Counted from the first letter of the stretch, positions 47,881-57,702 are shown. The stretch: DNA of 64,000 bases from Blastocatellia bacterium (GCA_035649735.1 DASRIZ010000080.1:460-64459); one strand, 5' to 3'. Notes: a model not told the origin generated them from the sequence alone. Numbers and translations are program-made.

Positions 47881-48651
47881 TTATTGGCCTCTTTCAAACG
47901 AGCCGTGCCGCCCTGCGCCTCCGGCAAACCGTTTTGCACCAGCCGATGTTTCTTCCCGCAATGCCTCGAGGCCGTGACGGAATTCGTTGGACATTGCATC
48001 TTGGAAGCGCAAGTCAAACTGCTCGTAGGCTGACATCCGGTCACCTCGCATACACACTTGAGGAAACTGAGCCAGTTCGCGGGCAAGCTCTTCCGCTGCT
48101 GACCGGGATGTTCCGTTTGGCACGACTCGATGAACAAGCCCGATGTTGAGCGCCTCGCTGGAACCGACGGGACGGCCGGTCAGAATCAGGTCGAGGGCAC
48201 GGCTGAGACCTATCAATCTCGGTAATCGCACGGTACCGCCGTCGATCAACGGGATTCCCCAGCGTCGACAAAACACGCCAAGAACCGCGTCTTCCTCCAT
48301 AACTCGCAGATCGCACCAGAGAGCCAGCTCCAGACCTCCGGCTACGGCGTATCCGGAGATCGCTGCGATTACTGGTTTGCTCAAGATCAGACGAGACGGT
48401 CCCATTGGACCATCGCCCGCTGGGTCGGTGCGATTCGATCTGCCTGCTGCGATAGACTTGAGGTCGGCCCCAGCGCAGAAGGTTCCGTGGTCGCCAAAGA
48501 ACACCCCGACGGAGGCCTCGGAGTCTTGATCAAACTCCTTGAACGCCTGGGCGAGTGCAAATGCGGTCTCGCGATCAACAGCGTTGCGGACTTCGGGCCG
48601 CGACAGAACAACGGTAGTGACTGGACCGTTCTTCTCAATGCTTACCGGCAT
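47881..48651 (-). CDS. Enoyl-CoA hydratase/isomerase (crotonase) family protein
   Basis: VVLSRPEVRNAV, FCAGADLK, ISGYAVAGGLELALWCDLRV. Confidence 0.85.
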   Translation of the reverse strand: MPVSIEKNGPVTTVVLSRPEVRNAVDRETAFALAQAFKEFDQDSEASVGVFFGDHGTFCAGADLKSIAAGRSNRTDPAGDGPMGPSRLILSKPVIAAISGYAVAGGLELALWCDLRVMEEDAVLGVFCRRWGIPLIDGGTVRLPRLIGLSRALDLILTGRPVGSSEALNIGLVHRVVPNGTSRSAAEELARELAQFPQVCMRGDRMSAYEQFDLRFQDAMSNEFRHGLEALREETSAGAKRFAGGAGRHGSFERGQ

Positions 48652-48697
48652 AGTGATTGGGTTGATAGTTACTCGCCCGTCGCCAACACTGAGGTCA

Positions 48698-49024
48698 TTA
48701 GCTTCGGGCTAGTGAGTCGGACTCGACTTTCTCCATGCGAACTTCCAAGTCGCGGATGTCCGCCTTGATCGTCAGCAGGTTGTCGTTGAGGATCTCGATC
48801 TTACGTTCGACACGGCGAAGACCAGTATTGAGTTCGGCTCGTAGTCCGTCCTGGCCCTTGCGCAGTTCGTCCTGGCCCTTGCGCAGTTCATCCTGGCCCT
48901 TGCGCAGTTCATCCTGGCCTGTACGTAGCTGGGACAATTCGCTTGTAACCCGAGCGCCCCACTCGTCAAAACGTGCCAAAATGGTTTCAATCGTAGGCTG
49001 CGTGGTCATCTCATCGTTGTTCAT
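48698..49024 (-). CDS. Small coiled-coil protein with a tandem GQDELRK heptad repeat
   Basis: 108 aa: ...LRTGQDELRKGQDELRKGQDELRKGQDGLRAEL.... Downstream and co-oriented with lemA. Confidence 0.6.
   Translation of the reverse strand: MNNDEMTTQPTIETILARFDEWGARVTSELSQLRTGQDELRKGQDELRKGQDELRKGQDGLRAELNTGLRRVERKIEILNDNLLTIKADIRDLEVRMEKVESDSLARS
48848..48931. repeat. 21-bp tandem repeat (3 near-perfect copies plus 1 degenerate) inside the coiled-coil CDS
   Basis: GTCCTGGCCCTTGCGCAGTTC at 48848 and 48869; ATCCTGGCCCTTGCGCAGTTC at 48890; degenerate copy at 48911. Confidence 0.9.
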
Positions 49025-49185
49025 TCGTAGCTCCTGTTATGCTCGACTCAAGATTTCAAGGCTATGAGCCCTACCCAGGAACGTCGTCGAACTAACTTAC
49101 GATACCACGATAGACTTGGTTCAGCAATTCAAAATTATATTTTGTAGCGACCAGCTTATCCGGATTCGACTGCACTTCGCACGGA

Positions 49186-49851
49186 TTATTTGTCGAATGC
49201 CTTGTTGACGTCAGGCACCTGTGTTGCACCCTCTGCCGCCTGGAATGGGTCCGCTCGTTGAAAGCCAAACACGCTCGCGATGAATACGGTTGGGAATCGC
49301 TGGCGCTTCTTGTTGTACTCGACAACCACGTTATTATAATCCCTTCTGGCTGTGCTGATGCGATTCTCAGTGCCTTCAAGCTGGGTTTGCAATGAGAGGT
49401 AGTTCTGATTGGATTTTCGGTCGGGATAGTTCTCCTGAATCACTAAAAGCCGACTAATGGCGCTCGACATCTGATCGCTGGCCGCTGCCTTCTGTTCGTT
49501 AGTCTGAGCGCCGCCGAGACGTGCGCGAGCCTCAGTGATTTCGCCGATCAAATCCCTTTCCTGCTTTGAGTCGGCTTTTACCGTTGCGACCAGATTGGGA
49601 ATCAAATCGTTGCGTCGCTGCAAAAGCGTATCTATGTTTGCGCGCTGTCCGGTAATGTCCTCACGCGAGTTTGAGAGCGAGTTATAGGTCACAAAAGCAT
49701 AAATTAGCAGGATGCCCACAACGGCAATCACCGCAATTAAACCGATGCGCTTCTTCTTTTGTTTTTCTGCAAGTTGATTCTGCTGAGTCGCGTAATCCTG
49801 TTGGAACTGGTCTCTTTGATCCGTAGCGGCCCCCGGTTGGTAATTGCTCAT
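49186..49851 (-). CDS. lemA: LemA family protein
   Basis: N-terminal TM (IGLIAVIAVVGILLIYAFV), YNSLSN..., ENYPDRKSNQNYLSLQTQLEGTENRISTARRDYN. Confidence 0.85.
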   Translation of the reverse strand: MSNYQPGAATDQRDQFQQDYATQQNQLAEKQKKKRIGLIAVIAVVGILLIYAFVTYNSLSNSREDITGQRANIDTLLQRRNDLIPNLVATVKADSKQERDLIGEITEARARLGGAQTNEQKAAASDQMSSAISRLLVIQENYPDRKSNQNYLSLQTQLEGTENRISTARRDYNNVVVEYNKKRQRFPTVFIASVFGFQRADPFQAAEGATQVPDVNKAFDK

Positions 49852-49875
49852 TTAGACTCTCCTCCTTTTCTAATC

Positions 49876-51609
49876 TTAGCTCAATGCACGAACCGAAATG
49901 AGTGGTTCCTCGTCGCGCTCGAGCGATACAGCTTGTAATTTGCCGGTCTCCTCAAGCATTTCGCTGAGACGTTCAACCATCGGTAATAACGACTGACGAT
50001 CGAGTGCTGAGATCAAGATCGTGTCTGGGCCCTGCTTCATGTTCTCGAGATCCTCTTTGCTCAACAAATCGGCTTTGTTGAAGACGAGCAGCCTCGGTAT
50101 CCCTGACAAATTCAGCTCGTCGAGAATTTTGTGAACTGATGCGATGTGCTCGTCGATCTGCGAGCTCGAAGCGTCAACCAGATGAATCAACACATTTGAT
50201 CCTTCCATCTCCTCCAGCGTAGCGCGAAACGCGGTAATCAAATCCGGTGGCAGATCCCGAATAAATCCCACCGTGTCGTTGATTATTACCTCCTGGTCGC
50301 GCGGTAGTCTCAGCCGGCGGCTAGTCGGATCCAGAGTTGCAAACATTCGGTCTTCGGCAGTGACCGCTGACGCGGTGAGCGCGTTGAGCAGTGTCGATTT
50401 GCCGGCATTCGTATACCCGACGATCGAGATGATCGGTAGATCCCGGCGCATTCGCCTCGTGCGCTGTACGCGCCGGCTGGTGCGAATCTGCTCAATCTGT
50501 TTCTCGAGCAAATGTATGCGATCGCGGACCCGTCTGCGATCGACTTCGAGCTTTGTCTCGCCCGGACCTCGCCCGCCGATACCACCCATCAACCGCGACA
50601 TCTCGGCTCCGGACCCGGTAAGTCGCGGCAACATATACTTCAGCTGCGCCAGTTCAACCTGTATCTTTCCTTCGCGGCTCTGCGCACGCTGAGCGAAGAT
50701 ATCGAGAATAAGCTGAGTTCGGTCTATGATTTTCAGATCCGTCGCATCGTTTATTGCCCGAACCTGTGCCGGCGTGAGGTTTTGATCAAAGATAATCACA
50801 TCGGCGCCAAGCTGTAGACTTCGAATTATCAATTCATCCAGTTTGCCTCGGCCAACCAATGAACGAGGATCGAGCTTTTGCCGTCGTTGAACAACTGAGT
50901 CTAGCACCACCACGCCTGCGGAGTGGGCGAGTTCGCGAAGTTCGTCGACCGACTCCTGAGCTGATGCCGCGCTACCTGAGGTTACGCCTACGAGTATCGC
51001 CCGGTCCCGCTGATCACGGGGATTTCGGACGTGTCGCGACCGAGACACTTCTTCTTCGAGCGACTCGATCAGATCGATGAAATCGATGTCGAGCTGGCTC
51101 GGTACCTGGGGATCCAAGAAACCCCAGATCGGCGTATTGACGTTCGCATCCTCTGTGTCAAGAGGCTGCGCCGAACCGTCTCGATTGGCCGGCAACAAGT
51201 GAGCCGCTCGAACAAGCCCGGGCATGCCGTCATTGCGGACGTCGATTGCGGCCATCAAATCAAGCCTAAGTAAAGCCAAATCGGTTAAGTCGTCTTGTGT
51301 TAGGTCTTCCCCAGCCAGATGGGTGTGAAGGCACCGCAACCCGCGAAACCGATCTGCGCCCATTCGTACACGTTTGAGGTCAGGCAGCACGATGCTTCGG
51401 GCGTTGCCAACAATGACGTGCTCGACGTAACCGTTTCTATTTACAAGCACCCCTACCTGACGGTGAATCTCGTGCGATGCTTCCGAGAGCTGGCGCGCAA
51501 ACTCCTGGGTGACTATCTGGCGCGCCGGGATCCGCCTCTTGTAAAGCTTTTCGAGACGGTGAATTTGATTAGGCTTAAGTCCCTGTAGGTTTCCCTCGAT
51601 ATTACTAAT
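49876..51609 (-). CDS. hflX: GTPase HflX, long-N-terminus form
   Basis: G-domain GYTNAGKSTLLNALT, DTVGFI, NKAD; HflX-N ...DRTQLILDIFAQRAQSREGKIQVELAQLKY. The first canonical start is the GTG at 51450, but the frame is open to 51624 and encodes family-like sequence. The 5' end given here assumes the ATT at 51609. Confidence 0.8.
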   Translation of the reverse strand: MSNIEGNLQGLKPNQIHRLEKLYKRRIPARQIVTQEFARQLSEASHEIHRQVGVLVNRNGYVEHVIVGNARSIVLPDLKRVRMGADRFRGLRCLHTHLAGEDLTQDDLTDLALLRLDLMAAIDVRNDGMPGLVRAAHLLPANRDGSAQPLDTEDANVNTPIWGFLDPQVPSQLDIDFIDLIESLEEEVSRSRHVRNPRDQRDRAILVGVTSGSAASAQESVDELRELAHSAGVVVLDSVVQRRQKLDPRSLVGRGKLDELIIRSLQLGADVIIFDQNLTPAQVRAINDATDLKIIDRTQLILDIFAQRAQSREGKIQVELAQLKYMLPRLTGSGAEMSRLMGGIGGRGPGETKLEVDRRRVRDRIHLLEKQIEQIRTSRRVQRTRRMRRDLPIISIVGYTNAGKSTLLNALTASAVTAEDRMFATLDPTSRRLRLPRDQEVIINDTVGFIRDLPPDLITAFRATLEEMEGSNVLIHLVDASSSQIDEHIASVHKILDELNLSGIPRLLVFNKADLLSKEDLENMKQGPDTILISALDRQSLLPMVERLSEMLEETGKLQAVSLERDEEPLISVRALS

Positions 51610-51982
51610 GGTATTTATCCTCCCCTAACCAGCCTTTCCATTCTACACCAATCTGACGAGGAGACGAAAAAGGTAACCGGCACTCATCAAAGCCTTACGA
51701 TTGTTGGCCATTGCCGAACCGGGTGGTTGGATGGCGAACCTGAAAGTCCGTGATTCAATGTTCCGCTTGCGTTTTGTTTTTTGTTTGGCTACTATGAACC
51801 CATTCTGAACGGTGGACAATCACCCGCGACATTTCTAGCTGGAAAACTACCGGGGAATCAGCGTCGAGGCTAACTCGAAGCTCACCGCGTTCGGCTCTGG
51901 GGCGCACCCGATCGAGACAGCCAGGAGCGCATAAGTTGCTTCGAAGCCGTTTGGGAGTCTTAATTCATAGTCTGGAGGAAGT

Positions 51983-52348
51983 GTGGTGAACAGGAAACTG
52001 ATAAGACCGACACTTGCGGAGGTGCGTGAGCGATCCGACCGAGATTCTCAGCATCGCCGCAATGCCAACGACCCGAATCGGAAGCGTGTGCCACCTGAAC
52101 AGACACACGCCGAAAGCTTCTATTACAAGAAGCAAATGGACAACAGGACACAAATGGTAATCGTTCTACAGGATGGCGAGGAACTCAGAGGAAGCATCGA
52201 GTGGTACGACCGCGGCTGTATCAAGCTGCATCGCACCGAAGGCCCGAACTTGCTCGTGCTGAAACACAACATCAAATATATGTACAAAACCGAAGATGCC
52301 GAAGGTAATGGCGCAGGCGAAGACCACGAGGAATCGCCGGAAGAGTAA
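51983..52348 (+). CDS. hfq: Hfq-like (Sm-fold) RNA-binding protein with a basic N-terminal extension and acidic tail
   Basis: GGAGGAAG then a GTG start. The core [58 protein letters not shown] aligns to the Hfq Sm1/Sm2 pattern (..V.I.L.NG..L.G.I..FD...I.L......YKHAI). Confidence 0.55.
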   Translation: MVNRKLIRPTLAEVRERSDRDSQHRRNANDPNRKRVPPEQTHAESFYYKKQMDNRTQMVIVLQDGEELRGSIEWYDRGCIKLHRTEGPNLLVLKHNIKYMYKTEDAEGNGAGEDHEESPEE

Positions 52349-52401
52349 GCTGGCGACTGGAGTTACCCCGCTCTATCCTCTCTCGCCACCAGTGGACCTT
52401 T

Positions 52402-53421
52402 GTGACGCGAGCACCTAGCAGTCCCGACAAACCGCGAGTTGGAATCACACTAGGAGACCTGGCCGGCATCGGCCCTGAAATAGTCCTGAAGGCTGTCGTT
52501 GACGCCGACGTGTGCGCGGTCTGCTCTCCTGTTATTATCGGCCCACTCTCGGAACTCCAAAGGCAAGCCGCCGCACTATCACTCAGCGCCGATTTCCCAT
52601 TGTATGTCACCGGGCAATCCAGCCTCTGCAGCTCCGCTCAGCCGCGCATTTTCGATACGGGTGCTATCTCCGATAGCGTGCCTTGGGGAGCCGTGTCGGC
52701 GGCTTCCGGTCGCGCTGCGGTAGCTGCGATAGAAAACTGCGTGCGACTCTGCCTGGGCGGTGAACTGGACGCTATGACCACAGCGCCGATAAACAAGGAA
52801 TCACTCAAGCTGGCGGGTTCCTCTTTCCCCGGGCACACCGAGATGATTACATCGCTATGCGGGGCTGACGAATCGCTCATGTGCTTCTTTGCCGGGGATC
52901 TAAGAGTTTTTCTTTTAACGATTCACACCAGCCTTGCGGAGGCAATCAAATTAATCACGCGAGAAACCGTGACCAATGCTCTCGTGCTCGCTGACCGAGA
53001 GCTGCGCCGATTCGGCATCGCGCGACCCCGCATTGCGGTAGCTGGACTGAACCCGCACGCCGGTGAGCACGGACTTTTTGGTTCCGAAGAGTCTCGCGAG
53101 ATCACCCCAGCAATTGAAGAGTGCCGGACTAAGCATGGCATCAACGTGACGGGTCCCTTCCCGGCGGATACTCTTTTCCTCCGTGCCTGGCGAGGGGAGT
53201 TCGATGCGGTCGCCGCGTGCTATCACGATCAAGGGCTCATTGCCGTTAAGTGTCTGGCTTTCGGTAATGCGGTCAATGTAACAATTGGGCTGCCAATCAT
53301 TCGCACCTCGGTTGACCACGGCACTGCGTTCGACATCGCCGGCCGGGGCGTTGCGGATCACCGAGCAATGGTGCAAGCTATCAAACTTGCTGCCCAGCTT
53401 GTCCGACAAACCTCAAGGTGA
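52402..53421 (+). CDS. pdxA: 4-hydroxythreonine-4-phosphate dehydrogenase
   Basis: GDLAGIGPEI, PGHTEM, AGLNPHAGE, YHDQGLI, SVDHGTAFDIAG. Confidence 0.9.
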   Translation: MTRAPSSPDKPRVGITLGDLAGIGPEIVLKAVVDADVCAVCSPVIIGPLSELQRQAAALSLSADFPLYVTGQSSLCSSAQPRIFDTGAISDSVPWGAVSAASGRAAVAAIENCVRLCLGGELDAMTTAPINKESLKLAGSSFPGHTEMITSLCGADESLMCFFAGDLRVFLLTIHTSLAEAIKLITRETVTNALVLADRELRRFGIARPRIAVAGLNPHAGEHGLFGSEESREITPAIEECRTKHGINVTGPFPADTLFLRAWRGEFDAVAACYHDQGLIAVKCLAFGNAVNVTIGLPIIRTSVDHGTAFDIAGRGVADHRAMVQAIKLAAQLVRQTSR

Positions 53422-53478
53422 AGCTGACTGGTCGACCGTCCGTGATGGTCCGCCTGATACCTACTTCGGAGGAATTGA

Positions 53479-54549
53479 ATGAGAATCGCTCTAGTATCAC
53501 TGATACTAATCGCTGCAACATTAGGTTTATTGGGTTACACACCGGCCGCTCCAGCACCCGAGATGGTGGTTGACGACCCGCTCAGGCTTCCTGAAGAGAA
53601 GCATCTGCGCAATATCCGCCAGCTCACTTTCGGCGGAGAAAACGCGGAAGCATATTTCTCAGCCGATGGAAAGAAGCTTATCTTTCAATCGACCAGGGAC
53701 GGGATCGGCTGCGATCAAATCTACACGATGAACATCGACGGCTCGGGTGTTCGAATGGTTTCTACCGGCAAGGGCCGAACGACTTGCTCGTACTTTTTTC
53801 AAAACGGTAAACGGATTACCTATTCGTCGACTCATCTGGCCGATCCAGCCTGTCCGCCAAAGCCCGACTTCTCCAAGGGCTACGTTTGGGCGATCTATCC
53901 CGGGTACGATCTCTTCAGCGCGGCCCCAAACGGGAGTGACATACAGCAGATCACAAAGACGTCTGGCTATGATGCAGAAGCGGTCATCTCGCCAAATGGT
54001 AAAAGGATCGCATTTACATCTATGCGCGACGGCGATCTGGATATCTACACCATGGATCTTGATGGAAAGAACGTAAAGCGTCTGACCACCGACATAGGTT
54101 ACGACGGCGGCCCGTTCTGGTCCTATGATAGCGCATGGATTGTTTTTCGGGCTCATCACCCCAAGACCGAGAAGGACATCGCCGATTACAAGGGACTGTT
54201 AAAAGAGAATCTGATTAGGCCGACGGCGCTCGATATCTGGGTGATGAAAGCGGATGGCACCAACAAAAAACAGATAACCAACAACGGAAAAGCCAACTTT
54301 GCACCTTACTTCTTTCCCGACGGCAAGCGAGTTATCTTCTCATCGAATGCGGCTGACCCGAGGGGTCGCGACTTTGACCTTTACGCGATCAATGTCGATG
54401 GCAGCGGACTCGAACGCGTCACCTTTAACTCGACCTTTGACGGCTTCCCGATGTTTAGTCCGGACGGGAAGAAGCTGGTGTTTGCGTCAAACAGGAATAA
54501 TAAGGTGCAAACCGACACGAATGTGTTTATTGCGGATTGGGTGGAATGA
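53479..54549 (+). CDS. TolB-like PD40/WD40-like beta-propeller repeat protein (secreted)
   Basis: Signal peptide. Repeated ...FSADGKKLIFQS.., ISPNGKRIAFTS.., FFPDGKRVIFSS.., FSPDGKKLVFAS. Confidence 0.8.
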   Translation: MRIALVSLILIAATLGLLGYTPAAPAPEMVVDDPLRLPEEKHLRNIRQLTFGGENAEAYFSADGKKLIFQSTRDGIGCDQIYTMNIDGSGVRMVSTGKGRTTCSYFFQNGKRITYSSTHLADPACPPKPDFSKGYVWAIYPGYDLFSAAPNGSDIQQITKTSGYDAEAVISPNGKRIAFTSMRDGDLDIYTMDLDGKNVKRLTTDIGYDGGPFWSYDSAWIVFRAHHPKTEKDIADYKGLLKENLIRPTALDIWVMKADGTNKKQITNNGKANFAPYFFPDGKRVIFSSNAADPRGRDFDLYAINVDGSGLERVTFNSTFDGFPMFSPDGKKLVFASNRNNKVQTDTNVFIADWVE

Positions 54550-54675
54550 AGAGAGTGAAACGTGATGCGTGATGCTTGACAACGTGCACAACTGACTTTG
54601 CAATCGATTCAAACTATGAACTCTGAGTCACGCATCACGCTTCACGCATCACGTTTCACGTTTCATTCTTCACTC
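54544..54675. repeat. Heptad-periodic palindrome filling the gap between convergent stops
   Basis: Left arm 54544-54578: gaatgaa/gagagtg/aaacgtg/atgcgtg/atgcttg. Right arm 54627-54675: gtcacgc/atcacgc/ttcacgc/atcacgt/ttcacgt/ttcattc/ttcactc. The arms abut the stop codons at 54547-54549 and 54674-54676. Confidence 0.9.
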
Positions 54676-55636
54676 ACGGAATCAACACGATCTTCCCGAA
54701 CGCTCCCGGTTGAAGCACCGCCTCATGAGCGAGAGCCGCGTCCGCAAACGGCATCTCCTTTCCAACTACCGGTTTTAACGTACCGTTCTCAAGCCCGGCA
54801 ACCAATGCCGCGTGAATGCTCGCGCGATCTTCATCTGACGTGTTGAAAAGCGTCATCCCCAATATGTTCAAATCGCGAGTCATAGCCGCGCGAGGATCGA
54901 TCTCGATCCTTCCTCGATTGCCAATTACAACAACTCGGCCATACTTCGCCAGCATGCCGAGATCCTTGTCCAGGTTTACGTTCGCCAGCATCTCCAGAAT
55001 CACATTGACACCGCTGGCATTTGTTAAGCCCATGATCTGTTTGAGATAGTCAGGCGCGTGGTGATCAAGAACGTGATGCGCGCCTTGCTCTGTGACATTC
55101 CTTCGTCCTTTTTCAGTTCCGCCGGTGGCGATGACAGTCATGCCGGCCGCGCGAGCGAGCTGGACGGCCGCGGTGCCTACACCACCGGTGGCGCCGTGTA
55201 TCAGCACGGTCTCGCCGGCTCGGGCTCCAGCGCGGTGAAAAAGAGCCCGATAAGCCGTTGCGTACGGGATTCCGACGGCCGCACCCTGCTCGAAGGTCAA
55301 ATGTGAAGGTAACCGGTGCACTTGCGATTCGTTACAGAGGGCTTGATCGGCGTACGAGCCGCTGATGGTTCCGGCAACATAAACCCTGTCGGCTTGAGCC
55401 ACCTTGGTGACTCCCTCGCCGATCGAATCGACAACGCCGGCCGCATCGCTGCCTGGGGTCCAGGGCAGAGACGGCTTAACAGCGTGTAGACCCGCTCTGA
55501 TGTAAGTATCAACGGGGTTTACGCCGATTGCGCGTATCCTGACTACTACCTGACCTGGTCCCGCAGTGAGGTCTTGCACGTCCTCTAGCTTCATCACCTC
55601 GGGGCCGCCGAACTCTTTAACACGAATAGCTTTCAT
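54674..55636 (-). CDS. NADPH:quinone oxidoreductase / zinc-type alcohol dehydrogenase-like (MDR family)
   Basis: MKAIRVKEFGGPEVMKLEDV..., GATGGVGTAAVQLARAAG. Confidence 0.85.
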   Translation of the reverse strand: MKAIRVKEFGGPEVMKLEDVQDLTAGPGQVVVRIRAIGVNPVDTYIRAGLHAVKPSLPWTPGSDAAGVVDSIGEGVTKVAQADRVYVAGTISGSYADQALCNESQVHRLPSHLTFEQGAAVGIPYATAYRALFHRAGARAGETVLIHGATGGVGTAAVQLARAAGMTVIATGGTEKGRRNVTEQGAHHVLDHHAPDYLKQIMGLTNASGVNVILEMLANVNLDKDLGMLAKYGRVVVIGNRGRIEIDPRAAMTRDLNILGMTLFNTSDEDRASIHAALVAGLENGTLKPVVGKEMPFADAALAHEAVLQPGAFGKIVLIP

Positions 55637-55845
55637 GACTCGCTCCAGGTTTTTTTAGAGTGTATAGCACGGCGGTGAGGGGCTGTGAAGCGGATGACGT
55701 GGTCTTCGAAAATTCGGGTGGCAAATCAAAGGCTCCTTCGTATAGAATAAGGCCCGCTCTGCTGGCAGCCTCAACGCTGCTCTTCATCTTCGACCGGCCG
55801 ATATTGATTGTAGTGCCGGGAAAACAAAGGAAAGACAAATAGACG

Positions 55846-57702
55846 ATGAGCTTCACACAAGTGCATACGAACGGCAAATCAGCACAGGCTAAATCTAACG
55901 GCGATCTTCATAGTGCATCGACCGAAGGTCCGTCCGGGGGCGGTAAGCTGATAGTACTCACGGCGCCACTCACGGAAACGATCGATCATGCAGGTTATTT
56001 TATTCAGATGGGGATGGCTTCCATGCCGATATGGATGGAAGGCGTGCTGAACCGCAAATATCCCAATTGGCGCAACGTCGAGTACAACGACGACAGCTCT
56101 GCTCGATACATGCCCGCGGGGAGCCGGGTACTTGAGACATCGCTTCTCCGGGAATACTCGCCTGACGATATCGTCGCCTGCTACCCCGACGACCTGCACA
56201 AGTTCGTCGGGCCGCGAACGCGTGTCGTTGCTGTATCAACTCACAACCCGCTTGGGGTGACATTCGCCGCCGGCGTCTACACTTCGATCTTTGGTTCGTC
56301 CAAGATGCCCATCAACTCACACTATTCGCGATTGATGTTTGAAACTATCAAGACGAATCCATATCGAAAAAACTTTAAAGTCATAGTAGGTGGTTCGGGC
56401 GGCTGGCAGATCATCCAGACAAATCTGTATGAGGAACTCGGAATAGACTGCATTGTTGAAGGTCGCAGCGAGTCTCTGGATACCCTCGACCTCTTCCGCA
56501 AGGCGATCGCCGGCGAAGACTTGCCGCGGGAGATCGAAGTCAAACACCCGACGGATCGAAACAGCATTCTATTCCCGGATAAGCGGACGACGTTTGGGGT
56601 TGTAGAGATGACCACCGGCTGCGGCCGCCGCTGCCAGTTCTGCCTCCCGGACTTGAATCCCCAGATCGATCTGCCAAAAGAACAGATCATGAAAGCCGTT
56701 CGTTCCAACGTGCGCGACGGTAACAAACAGATTTCGCTTGCTACTGAAGATATGTTCATCTGGGGTCAGGTGCATACGGATACACCGTTCTATTTCCCGA
56801 ATCGCGAAGCTCTCCTGGATCTCTATTCTGACATAGTCGACACACCCGGAGTGGAACAGCACGTCCTCAGCCATTGCACGATGGCTCCGGCCGTCGTTGA
56901 TCCGCTTCTGATCAAGAAACTCTCTGACATCCTGTTGCCCAAGAGCCCGATTCACCTTCCTTACCTGAGTTCGCATCCGCAGAAGAAAGCCCTGGTGCCG
57001 CTGATCGGCCTCGAGACCGCGTCGTTACGGATGGCAAAGATGATCATGCCGAGCAAGGGCGTTCCATTTTCGATCGAGGACTGGTCTAGCGTTGTGATTC
57101 AGGGCTTGACGACATTGAACGCCAACAATTGGTTCCCGGCGATGACTCTGATCGTGGGCAACCCCGATGAGACCGACGAGGACGTAAAGGCCACGCTCGA
57201 TCTAATTTATGAAGTCGAGCGGCGCGGTCTGTTCGCGTTCTTCATTCCATCTATTTTTACCCCGCTGCACGACACGCGGATGGAAATGAAGACCGGCGTA
57301 ACCGAGACAATGCAGCTCACCCCGTTGCAGTGGCAGTTAATCTTGAAGTGTTGGAAGATGAATCTGCGTCCGGGTCAGTACAGTTGGTGGGCTCCGACCG
57401 CCTGGCGAGTTGGCGCCATTGGCCTTTGGCTGTACAAGCTGAGAAAGCTGAACGGACCAAACTTCAAGTGGCCGTTACTGATGTTCTCGAGCGCGATGTC
57501 TGAAAAGATGATGGGGAGAATGGGCAAGATTTATCTGGGGAAACCGCTCAAAATAAAATCGCGCAAAGAACTGATAGCCGGTCTAAAGCCGCACTATTTG
57601 CAATACCTCCGAGAAGACAACGGGGACTTACCCGAGGGTTACGCGTCACCGGTCCGGCAGAGCAAGCAGAAGGCTTCGTTGGCTTTGCCTGTGCTTTCAT
57701 GA
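55846..57702 (+). CDS. Radical SAM protein with an N-terminal B12-binding-like domain
   Basis: CX3CX2C cluster motif in EMTTGCGRRCQFCLPD; 618 aa. Confidence 0.75.
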   Translation: MSFTQVHTNGKSAQAKSNGDLHSASTEGPSGGGKLIVLTAPLTETIDHAGYFIQMGMASMPIWMEGVLNRKYPNWRNVEYNDDSSARYMPAGSRVLETSLLREYSPDDIVACYPDDLHKFVGPRTRVVAVSTHNPLGVTFAAGVYTSIFGSSKMPINSHYSRLMFETIKTNPYRKNFKVIVGGSGGWQIIQTNLYEELGIDCIVEGRSESLDTLDLFRKAIAGEDLPREIEVKHPTDRNSILFPDKRTTFGVVEMTTGCGRRCQFCLPDLNPQIDLPKEQIMKAVRSNVRDGNKQISLATEDMFIWGQVHTDTPFYFPNREALLDLYSDIVDTPGVEQHVLSHCTMAPAVVDPLLIKKLSDILLPKSPIHLPYLSSHPQKKALVPLIGLETASLRMAKMIMPSKGVPFSIEDWSSVVIQGLTTLNANNWFPAMTLIVGNPDETDEDVKATLDLIYEVERRGLFAFFIPSIFTPLHDTRMEMKTGVTETMQLTPLQWQLILKCWKMNLRPGQYSWWAPTAWRVGAIGLWLYKLRKLNGPNFKWPLLMFSSAMSEKMMGRMGKIYLGKPLKIKSRKELIAGLKPHYLQYLREDNGDLPEGYASPVRQSKQKASLALPVLS

